Shown here in pieces: positions 13,295-27,026 of a stretch of DNA of 64,000 nucleotides (the stretch's first letter is position 1; every line of letters starts with the position of its first letter). The stretch is from contig OX597818.1 in NCBI GenBank assembly GCA_951406725.2, positions 56,668,001-56,732,000 of the forward strand, read 5' to 3'. Source of the stretch: Octopus vulgaris (Eukaryota). The position numbers were made by a program, and so were the translations under genes. The notes beneath the pieces are model-generated. The model did no database searches. It was given only the letters and a program-made list of their open reading frames with translations, and was not told where the DNA came from.

Positions 13295-14586
13295 TCAGGT
13301 CATCCCATAAGTTCTGTCCGAATTTTGAATAAAGAAAACAAGTGATCAATTGTTATAAGTAATTTGAAATTTAATCATCAATGTACTTTCCCTGATTATC
13401 TATGACTTCCTTCCATCTATTTACAAGCTTTTTAATCCCATCAATGTAAAACTCTTTGGTTTCAAAGCGAAGAACTCTGAAATGTCAGTTTCGACCTCCT
13501 CCTGGCCTGCGAAAGTTATGTTCCCAAATGATTCTGTAAACTACGAAATAAATGGTAGTCTGAAGGAGCAAGGTCAGGAGAATAAGGTGGATGAGGAATT
13601 TTTTTCTCAGCCAAGCTCTTCGATCTTCTGTGATGTGATCTTTGCTGTGTGGGGTCGCGCATTGTCCTAATGAAACATCACTCCTTTTCGATTCCCTAAG
13701 ACGGGTCTTTTTTTCTTCAAAGCTTCGTTCAAACGCTCTAATTTCTAACAGCAGACTTGAGCATTGATTGTTGCATTAGGTGGTAACAATTCAAAGTGAA
13801 TTACACCTTTGCAATCCATCAGATAGAGAGAAGAACCTTTTTTTCCATGAAGTTCCCTTCTTGGTTGTGGTTGAGCTTTTTCCCTTTTACCAAGCCACTG
13901 TTTACGACGTTTAACATTTTGATAGATCCATTTTTCATCACTAGTCACAAGTCTATCCAAAAAAAAGGGTGAAATGTGTTTGCAAGAATGGAGAGAAGAG
14001 CAGATGTCAACTCGGGATTTGTGGTTGTTTTCGGACAATTCATGAGGCACCCATTTTCCAAGTTTAGGAACCATTCTAAGTTGTTGAAGATGACGATGAA
14101 CAGTTGTATGGTTTGAACTAAGCTTTATTGCCAATTCTTCAACTGATAATGCAGGATTTTCTTCAAGTAATGCCCCAAGGAGCTTATCATGAAACTCAAC
14201 TGGACGTCCTGTTCAATCTTCATCTTCAAGGCTGAAATCTCCACTTCTGAATTTTGTAAATCATCTTCTGCAAGTTCTTTCATTCCAGCATTCTTTCCCA
14301 TAAACTGAGTGTATGTTTCAAGTCGCTTTGGCTCCAAAGTTTCCTTTTTTTGAATTCATAAAGCATTATGCGCCTTAAATGCTCTTTGGATACTTCCATG
14401 TTAGAAAGAGTTTTAATCAAAGAAATTTTAATTCTATTATTCTGTAAAATAATATTTAATTAGTTTAAATGTACAAAAATGCATTAAAATAATTATTAAT
14501 TCCATTAAACATTCTAAAATAATCTTAAATTTCATTTAATTTTTTAAAAAAAGGTAACAACGGACAAAACTTATGGGATGACCTGA
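13295..14586 (-). mobile_element. Full-length mariner transposon (1292 bp) with a decayed transposase at ~14399-13371
   Basis: TIRs tcaggtcatcccataagttctgtccg / cggacaaaacttatgggatgacctga with TA on both sides. Motifs MEVSKEHLRRIMLYEF, WVPHEL, TSDEKW and DNARPH. Several frameshifts and stops. Confidence 0.93.
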
Positions 14587-15836
14587 TAGATATATAGATA
14601 CAGACATAGATATAGATACGGAGAGAGAAATATATTAACTGTAATCCTTATTTTATCAGTCAAACGATTACTGTTTATAGATTAACGATTATAGTTTAAA
14701 TTCATTTTCAGACTTTATCTTTGAGTACTTTATTTGTAAGTGACCTGACATAACTTCTGTGTGAATTTGTCAACCTTGGTATATATTCTTTTATTCTTTC
14801 ATTTGTTTCAGCCATTCATTGCCATTCACTGCAGCCATGCTGGAGCACCGCCTTCAGTTGAGCGAATCGACCCCAGGACTTATTCTTTGTAAGCCTAGTA
14901 CTTATTCTATCGGTCTCTTTTTTTGAGCAATCTCAAGATTAATCAGCCGAAATTGCAAAGATGATCCGGTTCTTGACTGAGGCTTCGAATGACCCATCCT
15001 TGTTTTTTATGTATTGTCTATCAGGATATTTTGTTGTCCTTCTTTGCATCACCTAGTTGTCCAGATGTTTTGCGTTCTTGTCCCATTTTGTATCATATAT
15101 AAGTACACATTTTACTAAATTTTAACGACTTTTTCAACATTTTCACGCTTCGTTCTTTCTTCCCCCCTCTCTCTCTCTCACATTTCTTTGCCTTTCTTAC
15201 TCACTTTTCACTTCACTATGTCCCTGTCTCTCTCTATTTTGCTTGCCACTCCTTGATTCTTCTGTCTATCTACTTCTACAACTATTTCTCTCTCCTCCTC
15301 CCCCTCCTTTATTCTTGTGTTCCTCATTCTCTTTTAAAAAAGGTAAAATCTGACTGCAGAACTTATGCGTCTGACCTGATAGATATAGACATAGATATAG
15401 ATACTGACTATAGACTAATGATTATAGTTTAAATTCACTTTCAGACTTTATCTGAGCACTTCAATTTGTAAGTGGCTGGACATAACTTCTGTGTGAATTT
15501 GTCAACCCCTGGAATAATATTATTATTTTTATTCTTTCATTTGTTTCAGTCATTTGACTGTGGCTATCGTCTGTTCTTCTGCCACAGTGCGCCACAGTTG
15601 AGCTTCGACCCCAGCACTTATTCTTTGTAAGCCTAGTTTATTCTATCGGTCACCTTTTTGGAGCAATCTCAAGATATAATCAGCCAAAATTGCGAGGATG
15701 ATCCGGTTCTTCACTGAGGATAAATGACTGAGGCTTCGAATGACCCGTCCTTGTTTTTTATGTATCGTCTATCTGGATATTTTGTTGCCCCTTTTTGTAT
15801 CACCTAGTTGTCTGGATGTTTTGTGTTCTTGTCCCA
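14541..15836. repeat. Local direct duplication of ~500 bp (copies ~14541-15086 and ~15331-15836) including the mariner end
   Basis: Both copies read ttttaaaaaaggtaa...acttatg...gacctgatagata...tttcagactttatct...gagcaatctcaagat...cttgtccca. Confidence 0.8.
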
Positions 15837-16279
15837 GTGGCATGTAAAAGCACCATCCAAATGTGGTCGATGCCAGCCTCCTGTGGCCTGTGCCAGTAGC
15901 ACGTAAAAGAGCACCCACTACACTCTCAGAGTGGTTGGCATTAGGAAGGGCATCCAGCTGTAGAAACACTGCCAGATTGGATTGGAGCCTGGTGCAGCCT
16001 CCTGGCTTCCCAGTCCCCTGGTTGAACGGACCAACCCATGCCAGCATGGAAAACAGACGTTAAACAATGATTATAAAGATGATGATGATGAGCTTATGCT
16101 CTTCAACAGAAAGGAACATGAAGAAAAAAACAGAGATAATAAAAAAAAACTTGTGGATTTAGCAGTCAAATATATATATATATATATATACATACATACA
16201 CACACACACTTATTTGAGAAGATGACATTTTTGAATCACTAATGTTTTTAACTTAACATTTATATTCCAGAAAATAATA

Positions 16280-17440
16280 ATGGCAGACATTCAACTTACT
16301 CAAGGAATGAAGAGGTATGCTGTAAGTGTGGCCTTAAAGAGTGACTACAGATATTTAGCAATAGACCAGTTTTTAAAAGTCACCAGCTCTTTCATCTGCA
16401 AAGTTCACAAGGAATTACAAACCTAAGATGGAAATGTATCACCAGTGTTGAAACACAAAAAGCATTCCCAATACTCCAATAGCATCAGAACACCTGAATT
16501 TATTTAACAAGTTCAGTAGATCATTGACTGAAATCCCAGAAAATCCATGAGGTCAATTGCAAAGAATCTCCATGTGTCAGAAAGGACAATTTGAAATGTG
16601 GTTCACAAAGACATCTGATACAAGCCTTACGTGATGAGGAGAGGTCAATTCAGGTCAGAAAAAAAAAATAAAGCAGGAAAATCGTTTGATCAGATCTAGG
16701 AGGTTATTAAACAAAGTTAATAACCCAGAATATATGATTTGGTTTTTGTCAAATGAGAAAAACTTTGACCAGGACCAGAAGATTAACAGAAAAAAATGAC
16801 AGATGGCGCAGGAGTGGCTGTGTGGTAAGTAGCTTGCTAACCAACCACATGGTTCCGGGTTCAGTCCCACTGCGTGGCATCTTGGGCAAGTGTCTTCTGC
16901 TATAGCCCCGGGCCGACCAATGCCTTGTAAGTGGATTTGGTAGACGGAAACTGAAAGAAGCCTGTCGTATATATGTATATATATATAAGTGTGTGTGTAT
17001 ATGTTTGTGTGTCTGTGTTTGTCCCCCCAGCATTGCTTGATAACCGATGCTGGTGTGTTTACGTCCCCATCACTTAGCGGTTCGGCAAAAGAGACCGATA
17101 GAATAAGTACTGGGCTTACAAAGAATAAGTCCTGGGATCGATTTGCTCGACTAAAGGCAGTGCTCCAGCATGGCCGCAGTCAAATGACTGAAACAAGTAA
17201 AAGAGTATGGTAATGTTCAGACCCTACTGAAATTCCAACAGTCTTCCCAACAACATTTCCTGCAACTGCCATGGCTTATGGAGTTGTCAGTAATGAAGGA
17301 CATGTGATGCCTCCTTGTTTCTTTCCACAAGGCCTTAGTTAACTCAGTTAAATCTGCTGGATACATTGAGGTTCTGGAAAGAGTTGTCAAGCCCTGGATA
17401 GATAGAGTGTGCAATGGAAGGTCCTATGTTTCAGCAGGAC
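16280..17440 (+). pseudogene. Tc1/mariner (maT/DD37D-like) transposase pseudogene split by a SINE C
   Basis: MADIQLTQ...NPRKSMRSIAKNLHVSERTI...WFLSNEKNFDQDQKINRKNDRW, then the SINE, then CSDPTEIPTV...FPATAMAYGVVSNEGHVMPP...YIEVLERVVKPWIDRVCNGRSYV/FQQD. Many stops. Probable right TIR ends ~17838. Confidence 0.85.
16806..17207 (+). mobile_element. SINE family C, full length, inserted in the maT-like transposase
   Basis: Complete family C sequence, with atgg repeated at both junctions. Confidence 0.9.
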
Positions 17441-18612
17441 TTTGGTTGTTCAAGAATTTGGACCTGGAGATCTCCATTTCCAGCGACTTCAAAGGCCACC
17501 TCCCAGTGGTGTCGGGCATCAACAAAGAGCCCTCAACTACAACAAGACAACCAAAAATTTTTTTTCTCAAGGTCTGGGGTCTCTTGCAGCAGATGGCTCG
17601 CTGACCGGCGCTGGTACACGGACCACCGCTTTGAGTAGCACTGCTGTAGGAGACGATTTGGATCTTGCATAGAAGCAGTTATTGGCGCTCAAGGTGGCTA
17701 CAGTGAATGAGATTATAAAGAAGATAATTCAGTTTAGATGAACAAAGATTTTCATTAATAAAGTTGTTTTCTGTTATGAGACGCAAGCTTTTTTTTTTAA
17801 AAAATACAAACTTGTCCTAAAATACCTTACATACCCTGTGTGTATGTATGTGTGTGTATGTATATATATATATGTATGTATGTATGTATGTGTAAGTGTG
17901 TGTGTGTGTATACTTGGTTGGTTTCCTTACAGGATACAGTTGGGGGGTCTTTACCTTGTATTCGTTGAAGTTTGGTTTTGATTGGTTTGGAATTATGTGA
18001 CGTCAGTGAACAGTGCCAGTGAACCCACCACTTTTTGCTGCTATGATCAACAGTCAACCCCAACCACTACCAAGGTTGCCAAAATTACGACCAACTACTA
18101 TGACCAAAAATTACTACTGTTGCTACCATTGGAACACAAAGTAACAAAAAAGCGGTTCCTTTTAATACCAGCAAGAAACAATAATGGACTTCTTCAATAC
18201 ACTCAACAGGAATATAGTGATTAACAGTAAGAAACGATTATGAACTTTTCAATTTTGACTTTGTATAATATTTTTGATAAGGTTCGAGACCAGTTAGAAC
18301 CGATTATGAACTTCTCCATTACACTTTTTATAATATTTTTTAATAATATTTTTGATAAGGTTCGTTTTTTCAACAACCAAAACATGTAAAATTCATAAGA
18401 AAATTAAAATTTATCTAATATAGTGGCGTTTTCAAACTTCTTTTTTACAAATATATATATATATATATACCATTATCAGCATCATGATTTAATGTCCGTT
18501 GTCTATGCTGGCACGGGTTGGACAATTTGACTGGCTGGCATGTTGGAAGGCTGTGCCAAGTTCCCATCATCATCATCATCATCATCGTTTAACGTCCGTT
18601 TTCCGCGCTAGC

Positions 18613-18652
<40 letters not shown>

Positions 18653-18841
18653 ACTTATATATAAACCCGCGTATATATATATACCCGCTTAATACAATAA
18701 ATGAGTTAATTGCATTGCAATTAAAAACATTTATGTATTAAGAATCTGGGTACTTTACCAACAGTATATTGGATAAATACTATCCCTTATTGGGTTGCAC
18801 CCATAACTCCTATCTTACTTTGTATATATATAAATTTGTGA

Positions 18842-19205
18842 AGGTGCATGGCTCAGTGGTTAGAGTGTCGAGTTTATGATCGTGAGGTGTGAGTTTGATT
18901 CCCAGACTGGGCTGCACATTGTGTTCTTCAGCGAGACATTTTATTTCAAGTATGCTCCAGTTCACTCAGCTGTAGAAATGAGTTGAAACATCACCAGTGC
19001 TAAGTTCTCTCGGCCTTTGCTTTTCCCCTGGACAGCTTAAGTGGCATGAAGAGGGGAGGCTGGTACTGCATGGGTGATTGCTGGTCTTCCAGAAAAAACA
19101 ACCCTAGGTTGTGCGTTCACTGGTGAGGCAACTTTCCGCTCAGACTTGTACCCTGGAGGGGAACCTCTTAGGTGCACTCATGGTCATTCGTGACTGACAG
19201 CGAGT
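18842..19205 (+). mobile_element. tRNA-derived SINE family E
   Basis: A box tggctcagtgg, B-box-like gagtttgattcc, body ctccagttcactcagctgtagaaatgag. Reverse copy at ~27245-27530. Its tail is also found at ~55700-55830 and 56812-56940. Confidence 0.75.
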
Positions 19206-19397
19206 AAACCTTGTCATTTTGGCCGTTCAATGGCTTAATTCCAACAGGAGTTGCATACTCCTCTTGTAGATTGCTTTTCCTCATTAGTAGATACAGGATC
19301 TGCTTCAATGAAGCAGAATTTGTGCAGATCCAGTGAATCAGTTTGTTGAAGCTTGCATCCACTGCTTACTAATCTCCCACAATTTAAGGCTGGGAAT

Positions 19398-19762
19398 TTT
19401 TACCCTGCGTGTGTAAGTGAAAGTAGAGTATTGTAATCACTTGTCTTAGTCTGTCTGTGTGTTTGCAAAATTACTGGAAAACAGCTAAAGAAATTTTCAC
19501 TAAATTTGGCAGAAATACTCATTGGGTGAATGGCTAGAACTCATTAAATTTTGGTTTGCTTATTTTCAAAACTGGTGGACAGGTGAGTCAATATATTATT
19601 TTCTTTGTTATGTATGCATAAATGCAAATCAGGGGAAATAACTCTCGATGCCATTTTGTTGAAATGAATTCGTCTGAGTATATATTTATGAGATTGAATT
19701 TTATTTTATCCTTGTGTGCGCGCAGGGAATGTATCGCCCCTCCGATGACTTTTCTTTCTAGT
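19398..19762 (+). mobile_element. Possible Helentron/HINE-like non-autonomous element
   Basis: 5' ttttaccctgcg with subterminal inverse gcgcaggga, ending ttctagt. Confidence 0.45.
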
Positions 19763-20145
19763 AAAGATTGTTTGCCAACATAACATGGCAGTCCTGGATT
19801 AGGACGAATGTTGCTGTAATTTAGCCCCAGGAGACATCCTCTCCAGTTGACTTTTTTTCATTATCATTGAGGTTTACTATTCTAGGTATGGTTGGTTCAA
19901 GACTGTTTATGTTCATATTCACTGCTAACCTGGGAGCATATTTGAAGGCCTTTCCCCCATCCATCACCTGTTGTTGATGCATGCCAGGATTTGTCCGGAA
20001 CTTATGACACTGCATCTTCAAACCCTGATGGGAGAGATGTGGCAAGCGGCAAAGATCAACATGTTAAACCTGGTCGATTGGTCAAAGCCAAAAGACCTTC
20101 AAACATTTAGTCTGGGTTGGAACCAGGCCATAATAAAAAATAATA

Positions 20146-20190
20146 ATGTATGTATGTATGTATGTATGTGTGTGTGTGTGTGTGTGTGCA

Positions 20191-20229
<39 letters not shown>

Positions 20230-21178
20230 TTGTGCTTTTATGTCTGTATATATGAGTTTGCGTGTATGTGTGTGTATGTATGTGTAAGTGTGTCTATGTA
20301 TGTGTGTGTATGTATTTATGCACGTATGTATGTATGTATGTATGTGTATGTGTATGTATGTGTGTGTTTGTGTAGGCTTTGAAAAGGGCGCATTTATTTA
20401 TTAGTGGAGGCACAGGGCCTAGTGGTTAGAGCAGTGGACTTGCAGTCGAGAGATTGCGGGTTCGAATCTCAGACCAGGCGATTTGTGTGTTTATGAGCAA
20501 AACACCTAAGCGAGGAACCTAAATGTGTTTGTGTGTGTGTGTATGTCTTTATATATGTATGTGTGTATGTATGTATGCTTGTGTATGTATGTGTGTGTCT
20601 ATGTATGTATGTGTATGTGTTTATGCACGTATGTATGTACATGTGTTTCTGTATGTGTATGTATGTGTTTGTGTATGTATGTGTTTATATATGTATGTAT
20701 GTGTGTGTGTATGTATTTATTTATGTATACACATGTATACAGCTTACACAGTATGAACCCCACATGCTCATGCCAACCTACAATAATTCCTCAATGCTCC
20801 TCTTCACCCACACAAGTTCTCACAGTCTCACATCCATGCACAAGCTTTTACATCGCCCACCAAAGATTTCCCACAGGCATCCACCCCCTCAAAAGCAATG
20901 TCATCATACTGTCGTGTTTGTTATAACTTTATGCATGCTTACATTGCACCAATAAATGCACTCACTATCACGCCCCTGCCTCCAGACAGCAAAACGTTTT
21001 GATACGTGCATCTTCATAGACAAACCTCTTCTTCCTTGCTTATCTGCCTCCAAAAATGACATTCCACCTGGGTATTTAGCCCTTCACATCTCTATCTATC
21101 TATCTATCCAACTGTCAGTCTGTCTGTCTATCCATTTATTTATCTGTCTATCTGTCTGTCTATTTATCTATCTATCTA

Positions 21179-21217
<39 letters not shown>

Positions 21218-21223
21218 GTCTAC

Positions 21224-21259
<36 letters not shown>

Positions 21260-22101
21260 TTATCTGTCTATCTATCTGTCTATCTAGCTATCTATCTGTC
21301 TGTCTGTCTGTTGTCTATCTATCTGTCTATTTATCTATCAATTTATTTATCTGTCTGTCTGTTTGTCTATATCTCTCTCTCTCTCTCTGTCCGTCCATCC
21401 GTCCGTCTGTCTGTCCATCCACCCATCCGTCTATTATCTATCTATCTATCAATCTATCTATCTATCAAGCTAGATTGAGGGACAGGGATAGATAGATAGA
21501 TAGATACATACATAGTTACATAGACAGACAGGAAGGTAAATAGAGAGAGACAGAGACATAAATGAACTGATAGATTGATAAATAAGATTGACGGATCGAT
21601 TGACATGTATGGCAGGCAGGCAGGCAGACAGACAGATGGATAGATACAGAAACACGCACACACACACACACACACACAACGTACAAACACACACACAAAT
21701 AACCGACAGACAGACACACAGACAGATGCAAACAGTACACACTACACCATATCTAAATACATTTGAATCAGACAGCAAATGTAAAACCAAAAAAAATGAG
21801 CTAAAAATGAATAAAAACGACAAAGAAAAACAGAATAGTTTTACAGATGCGTCAAAGTTAGTAAACTAAAGCAGATTGAAGTCATAGGAAATTATAATGT
21901 AACGACCGAGAGCGTTTAGTGACGAATAAAAGCTTAAAGTTTAGATGAAATAGTGTCTTCAAATTGATAAAGAGTGGTACACAGGTTTTCAATTAACAGG
22001 GTTACGAAAAGACAAAAAAAATATATATTTTACTGCAATGCAAAAATAGTAGGACGGATATCTGTCTCATGTATGTATATGCGTATATGTGTGTATGTAT
22101 A

Positions 22102-22139
<38 letters not shown>

Positions 22140-22200
22140 TTACACACATATACATACATACACAAACACACGCATATCTATATGAATGACTGGATATATG

Positions 22201-22231
<31 letters not shown>

Positions 22232-22291
22232 CTGCATATTTGTATGTATATATATATATATATAGACATATATATACATAAATATATACAC

Positions 22292-22322
<31 letters not shown>

Positions 22323-22587
22323 CACATATATATAGACATACATACATATATATACATACATACATATATATACATATATACATACATACATATATACATA
22401 CATATATATATATATACATACATATATACATACATATATATACATACATACATATATATATACATATATACATACATATATACATACATACACATACATA
22501 TATATACATACATATATACATACATATATATATACATACATATATACATACATATATATATACATACACACTCACATATATATATAT

Positions 22588-22638
<51 letters not shown>

Positions 22639-22802
22639 TACATATACACACTCAAACACACACATACTCTTGTCATAAGAGCCTAACTGATAATTGTGTT
22701 GCTTCAATTTTATAAGATGCAGAAGAAAAAAAACAGAACGTTGGTGCTTCAAACGCTTAGTTTCTGACTCAGAACCAAAACGCATATCCAAACAAGCAGA
22801 TG

Positions 22803-22844
<42 letters not shown>

Positions 22845-22870
22845 TGCGCATGCACACAGACACCCACACA
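20146..22870. repeat. Microsatellite-dominated block: (TG/TATG)n, (TCTA/TCTG)n, (GATA/GACA)n, (TA/TACA)n and (CA)n with short unique spacers
   Basis: Directly visible. Confidence 0.9.
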
Positions 22871-23137
22871 TGCATAATCCTCACAAATTCTGAGCCTCAC
22901 ATACATTAGGCATTACAAATGCTGGGACTCGAAATCCTGAATTGATATTACTGGTCGAGTATTCCATAGACATATGTACTCTTAACATACTACTTAGACA
23001 GGATAAATATAACAGAGTATATGTGACAAGACTATCTTTTGAACTGCAGATGTAATCCATGCAATGAGCTTCAGTACAGTTTCCATCTGCCCAGTTTCAT
23101 TCACAAGAGATGAGTTAGCTACTTGTATTTGTACTTG

Positions 23138-23510
23138 CGTGGCTTAGTGGTTAGGGTGTCAGCATCATGATCGTAAGATTGTGGTTTCGATTCCTGAACC
23201 AGGCGATGCGTTGTGTTCTTGAGCAAAACACTTCATTTCACGTTGCTCCACTTCTCTCAGCTGGCAAAAATGAGTAACGCTGCGATGGACTGGCGTCCCG
23301 TCCAGCCGGGGAACACATACGCCATAGAAACCAGGAAACTGGGCCCATGAGCTTGGCTAGGCTTTAAAAGGGTGCATTTATTTATTAGTGGAGGCACAGG
23401 GCCTAGTGGTTAGAGCAGCGGACTCGTGGCCGAGGGTTCGCGGGTTCGAATCTCAGACCGGGCGATGTGTGTGTTTATGAGTGAAACACCTAAGCTCCAC
23501 GTGGCTCCAG
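23138..23510 (+). mobile_element. SINE family F (tRNA head with V-domain-like ctgcgatggactggcgtcccgtccag) immediately followed by a B-related SINE head
   Basis: Two consecutive A/B-box heads (tggcttagtgg...ggtttcgattcc and gggcctagtgg...ggttcgaatct). The same junction occurs at 20373-20512. Confidence 0.7.
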
Positions 23511-24644
23511 TGATCATCATCATCATCATTGTTCGACCGTGGTCAAGACCATGGAATTTACCATGTTACGCCAGACTTCTTGGTCCATCATAGCATTTTG
23601 GTTGATGACGCTTCCAAGAGAGATTTTGAGAGATTACCAGTGAAGGTAATGGCGAACTTCTGCTGACTCTTTAGCCATAACTTTCTCTCACTCTTTCCTC
23701 CTGCATCTTGCAGCTCACCTGCGTATAGGTGGGGAACCTATACGCCAAGGAAACTGGGAAACTGGCCCTTATGAGCCAGGCATGGCTCGAGAAGGAACAA
23801 AAATATATATTTGTACTCGCAGCAGCATTCAGCCTGGATGGGTTGATCCAGCTCTGATCAATAAGTTTGCCTTCACCGCATCCCTCATGAATATTGACCA
23901 CATCCAATGGTTGAACTTAATGTTCTGGTAGGCAAAATTCTGCTTCTGCCAGTGGCCCAAAAGTCCAGCTTGTAAATCTATCAAACGCCCCACAGAGAGA
24001 ACAAACGCATTGGCAAGCAAGGACACCGTAGCCGTAGTCATCATTCACTGTTGGGTAGAGTTCACGTTTGGAGTTTTAGCAGGAATACAAATTCACATGT
24101 GGGCCCCTGCTCACATGCACATACACATTTTGGGATAGTGTGATCTATAGCAGCTCATCCTGCAGCTGACTGCTGACCACTGCAGAGGATTTGCTGACCA
24201 AGTCATTGCCAGTTATCAGAGCAGATGTAGCCTGGGTCTGATAAGTCAACCTGAGGTCATACAAAAAGGACATTTTTTTCACCCAAGCTGCTAGTGGTTC
24301 CCAAAGCAGGCAGTACTGCCCCCTTGAGGGCGGTGGAAAGATCCAGGAGTGGGGGTTGATGAAAAGTAGGATGATAATGGGGTGGCCAAAATGGGTGATG
24401 GATGTAAAAAAAAAAAGTTTAATTAGGTCTAAATTTTGTGAAAAACAATTTTTTTGAATTTGCTGCAGAAAGTGGCCTAAATTTGTAGTGGGGAGGGTGA
24501 GGGGGCATTAGGAAAGTGGCCTGGGTGCCAAGGCAGCATGAAAAAGTTTGGGAGTCACTGTAGGATTGAACCCTGGTCCTGTTGGTTGTGAAGCAAATGT
24601 TTTAATTATTCGGTCATACTGTACTTATAGCTGGACATACTATT

Positions 24645-25030
24645 CTTTATTCTTTTATTTGTTTCAGTCATTTGACTGCGGCCATGCTGGAGTACCGCCT
24701 TTAGTTGAGCAAATCGACCCCAGGACTTATTTTTTGTAAACCTAGTACTTATTCTATCGGTCTCTTTTGCTGAACCGCTAAGATATGGAGACAGCATCAG
24801 TTATCAAGCAATTTTAGGGGTACAAACACAGATACACAAACATATACATACACACATATATACATATATTCGACGGGCTTCTTTCAGTTTCCGTCTACCA
24901 AATCCACTCACAAGACTTTGGTCTGCCCAAGGCTATAGTAGAAGACACTTGCCCAAGGTGCCACGCAGTGGGACTGAACCAAGAACCATGTGGTTCGTAA
25001 GCAAGCTACTTACCACACAGCCACTCCTAT
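24645..25030 (-). mobile_element. SINE family C
   Basis: Reverse complement of the family C consensus. Further copies at 26802-27232, 29863-30280, 42565-43174, 44438-44835, 46150-46478 and 51280-51674. Confidence 0.85.
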
Positions 25031-25195
25031 TATATCAGATTTAAACAATAAACAAAGGTATTGGGCACAGCGAGAAATTTTTCTTCATGGATCAGCTTGA
25101 CCTAGGGTTAAACAGCAACTGCTTGAGCTGGACAAGTTTACCACACTTGTGTGTGTGTATGTGTACGTGTGTATGTGTTTGCATGTGCATGCATT

Positions 25196-25236
<41 letters not shown>

Positions 25237-25794
25237 TTACAAGTGTGTGTGTGTATGTCACTGTGTTTATGTTTGTTCCCCTGTGTTTCCATCCCTGTAA
25301 CTATCTGCAAAAAAGAAGTCAGAAAAATAACTGCCAAGCCTAAAATTATTCGAGGTGGTGCCCCAGCATGGCCACTGTCCTAAAACTGGAACAATTAAAT
25401 GATAAAAAAAAAGCATCTATGTATGTATGTATGTGTGTATGTAAGTATGCCTGTATGTATGTATGTATGTATGTGTGTATGTATGTAAGTATGCGTGTAT
25501 GTATGTATGTCTGTGTGTATGTAAGTATGCGTGTATGTATGTATGTGTTTGTATGTGTATGTGTGTTTATGTACGTGTGTGTGAATGTGTAGATATATGT
25601 ATGTATATGCATATGTGCGTATGTATGTATGTGTATAAATATATATATGTATGTATCTACGTTTGTCTGTGTATGTATGTATATGTGTTGTATGTATGTG
25701 TATGTATGTAGATAGGTTGGTTGGTTGGTAGCTTTGGTATTTATGCATGTATGCCAGTATCTGTGTTACAACATATTAAGCCAATATATTGTGT

Positions 25795-26338
25795 CTTTTC
25801 TACTCTAAGCACAAGGCCGGAAATTTTTTGGACAAGTGGCCAGTTGATTAGATCGACCCCAGCACACAACTGGTACTTAATTTATCCTCTCTAAAAGGAT
25901 GAAAGGCAAAATCAACCTCAGTGGAATTTGAACTCAAAATGTAGAGGCAGACGAAATACTGCTAAGCATTTCACCCAGCGTGCTAACATTTCTTATTTCT
26001 TTACTACCCACAAGGGGCTAAACATAGAAGAGAATAACAAGGACAGACAAAGGGATTAAGTCGATTACATTGGTCCTAGTGCGTAACATAACGGCAGACG
26101 AAATACCTATTTCTTTACTACCCACAAGGGGCTAAACACAGAGGAGACAAACAAGGACAGACAAAGGGATTAAGTCGATTACATCGGTCCCAGTGCATAA
26201 CTGGTACATAATTTATCGACTCTGAAAAGATGAAAGGCAAAGTTGACCTCGGCAGAATTTGAACTCAGAACGTAGTGGCAGACGAAATACTGCTAAGCAT
26301 TTCGCCCGGCGTGCTAACGGTTCTGCCAGCTCACTGCC
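25795..26338 (-). mobile_element. Tandem/nested SINE family A units
   Basis: Repeated family A segments in reverse orientation. Confidence 0.8.
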
Positions 26339-26962
26339 ATATACATATACATACACACAGACACACACACATATATTGCATGCCTGTTGATGTTGTTTCA
26401 AGCAAGTTATCCATGCTAAGCTTCAAGAATATTTTACATATTTCCATAATGCCGTTAATAGCTTGTAACTGTAATTTTCTAATTATCAGAGACCTTTCTG
26501 ATTTTGTGAACATTGATTCTCACGATTGGTGTTATTGTACTCAGCCATGTATTCAAGCGTCCCAGGAACAATAAATATTACCCCAGTCCATAGTCAGAGG
26601 AGAAAGTAGAGTAAGGAATGAAATGAGAAAGAAGGAAAGTTTCTAACAATGCAGAAGCCTTCACATTTCGGGGCCTGAAGGTTTATTGCCAGAAGAATAC
26701 AGTGTATTTACATAGATCATAGCACCTTAGATAGTTTAGCACTTGGGTTAATAGCAGCAGCTCCACAAAATGGAATGTATGTGTATGAATACATACAATA
26801 GGTGTAGGAATGGCTGTGTGGTAAGTAGCTTGCTTACGAACCACATGGTTTCGGGTTCAATCCCACTGCGTGACACCTTGGTCAAGTGTCTCCTATTATA
26901 GCCTCGGGCAGACCAAAGCCTTGTGAGTGGATTTGGTAGACGGAAACTGAAAGAAGCCTGTC

Positions 26963-27026
<64 letters not shown>

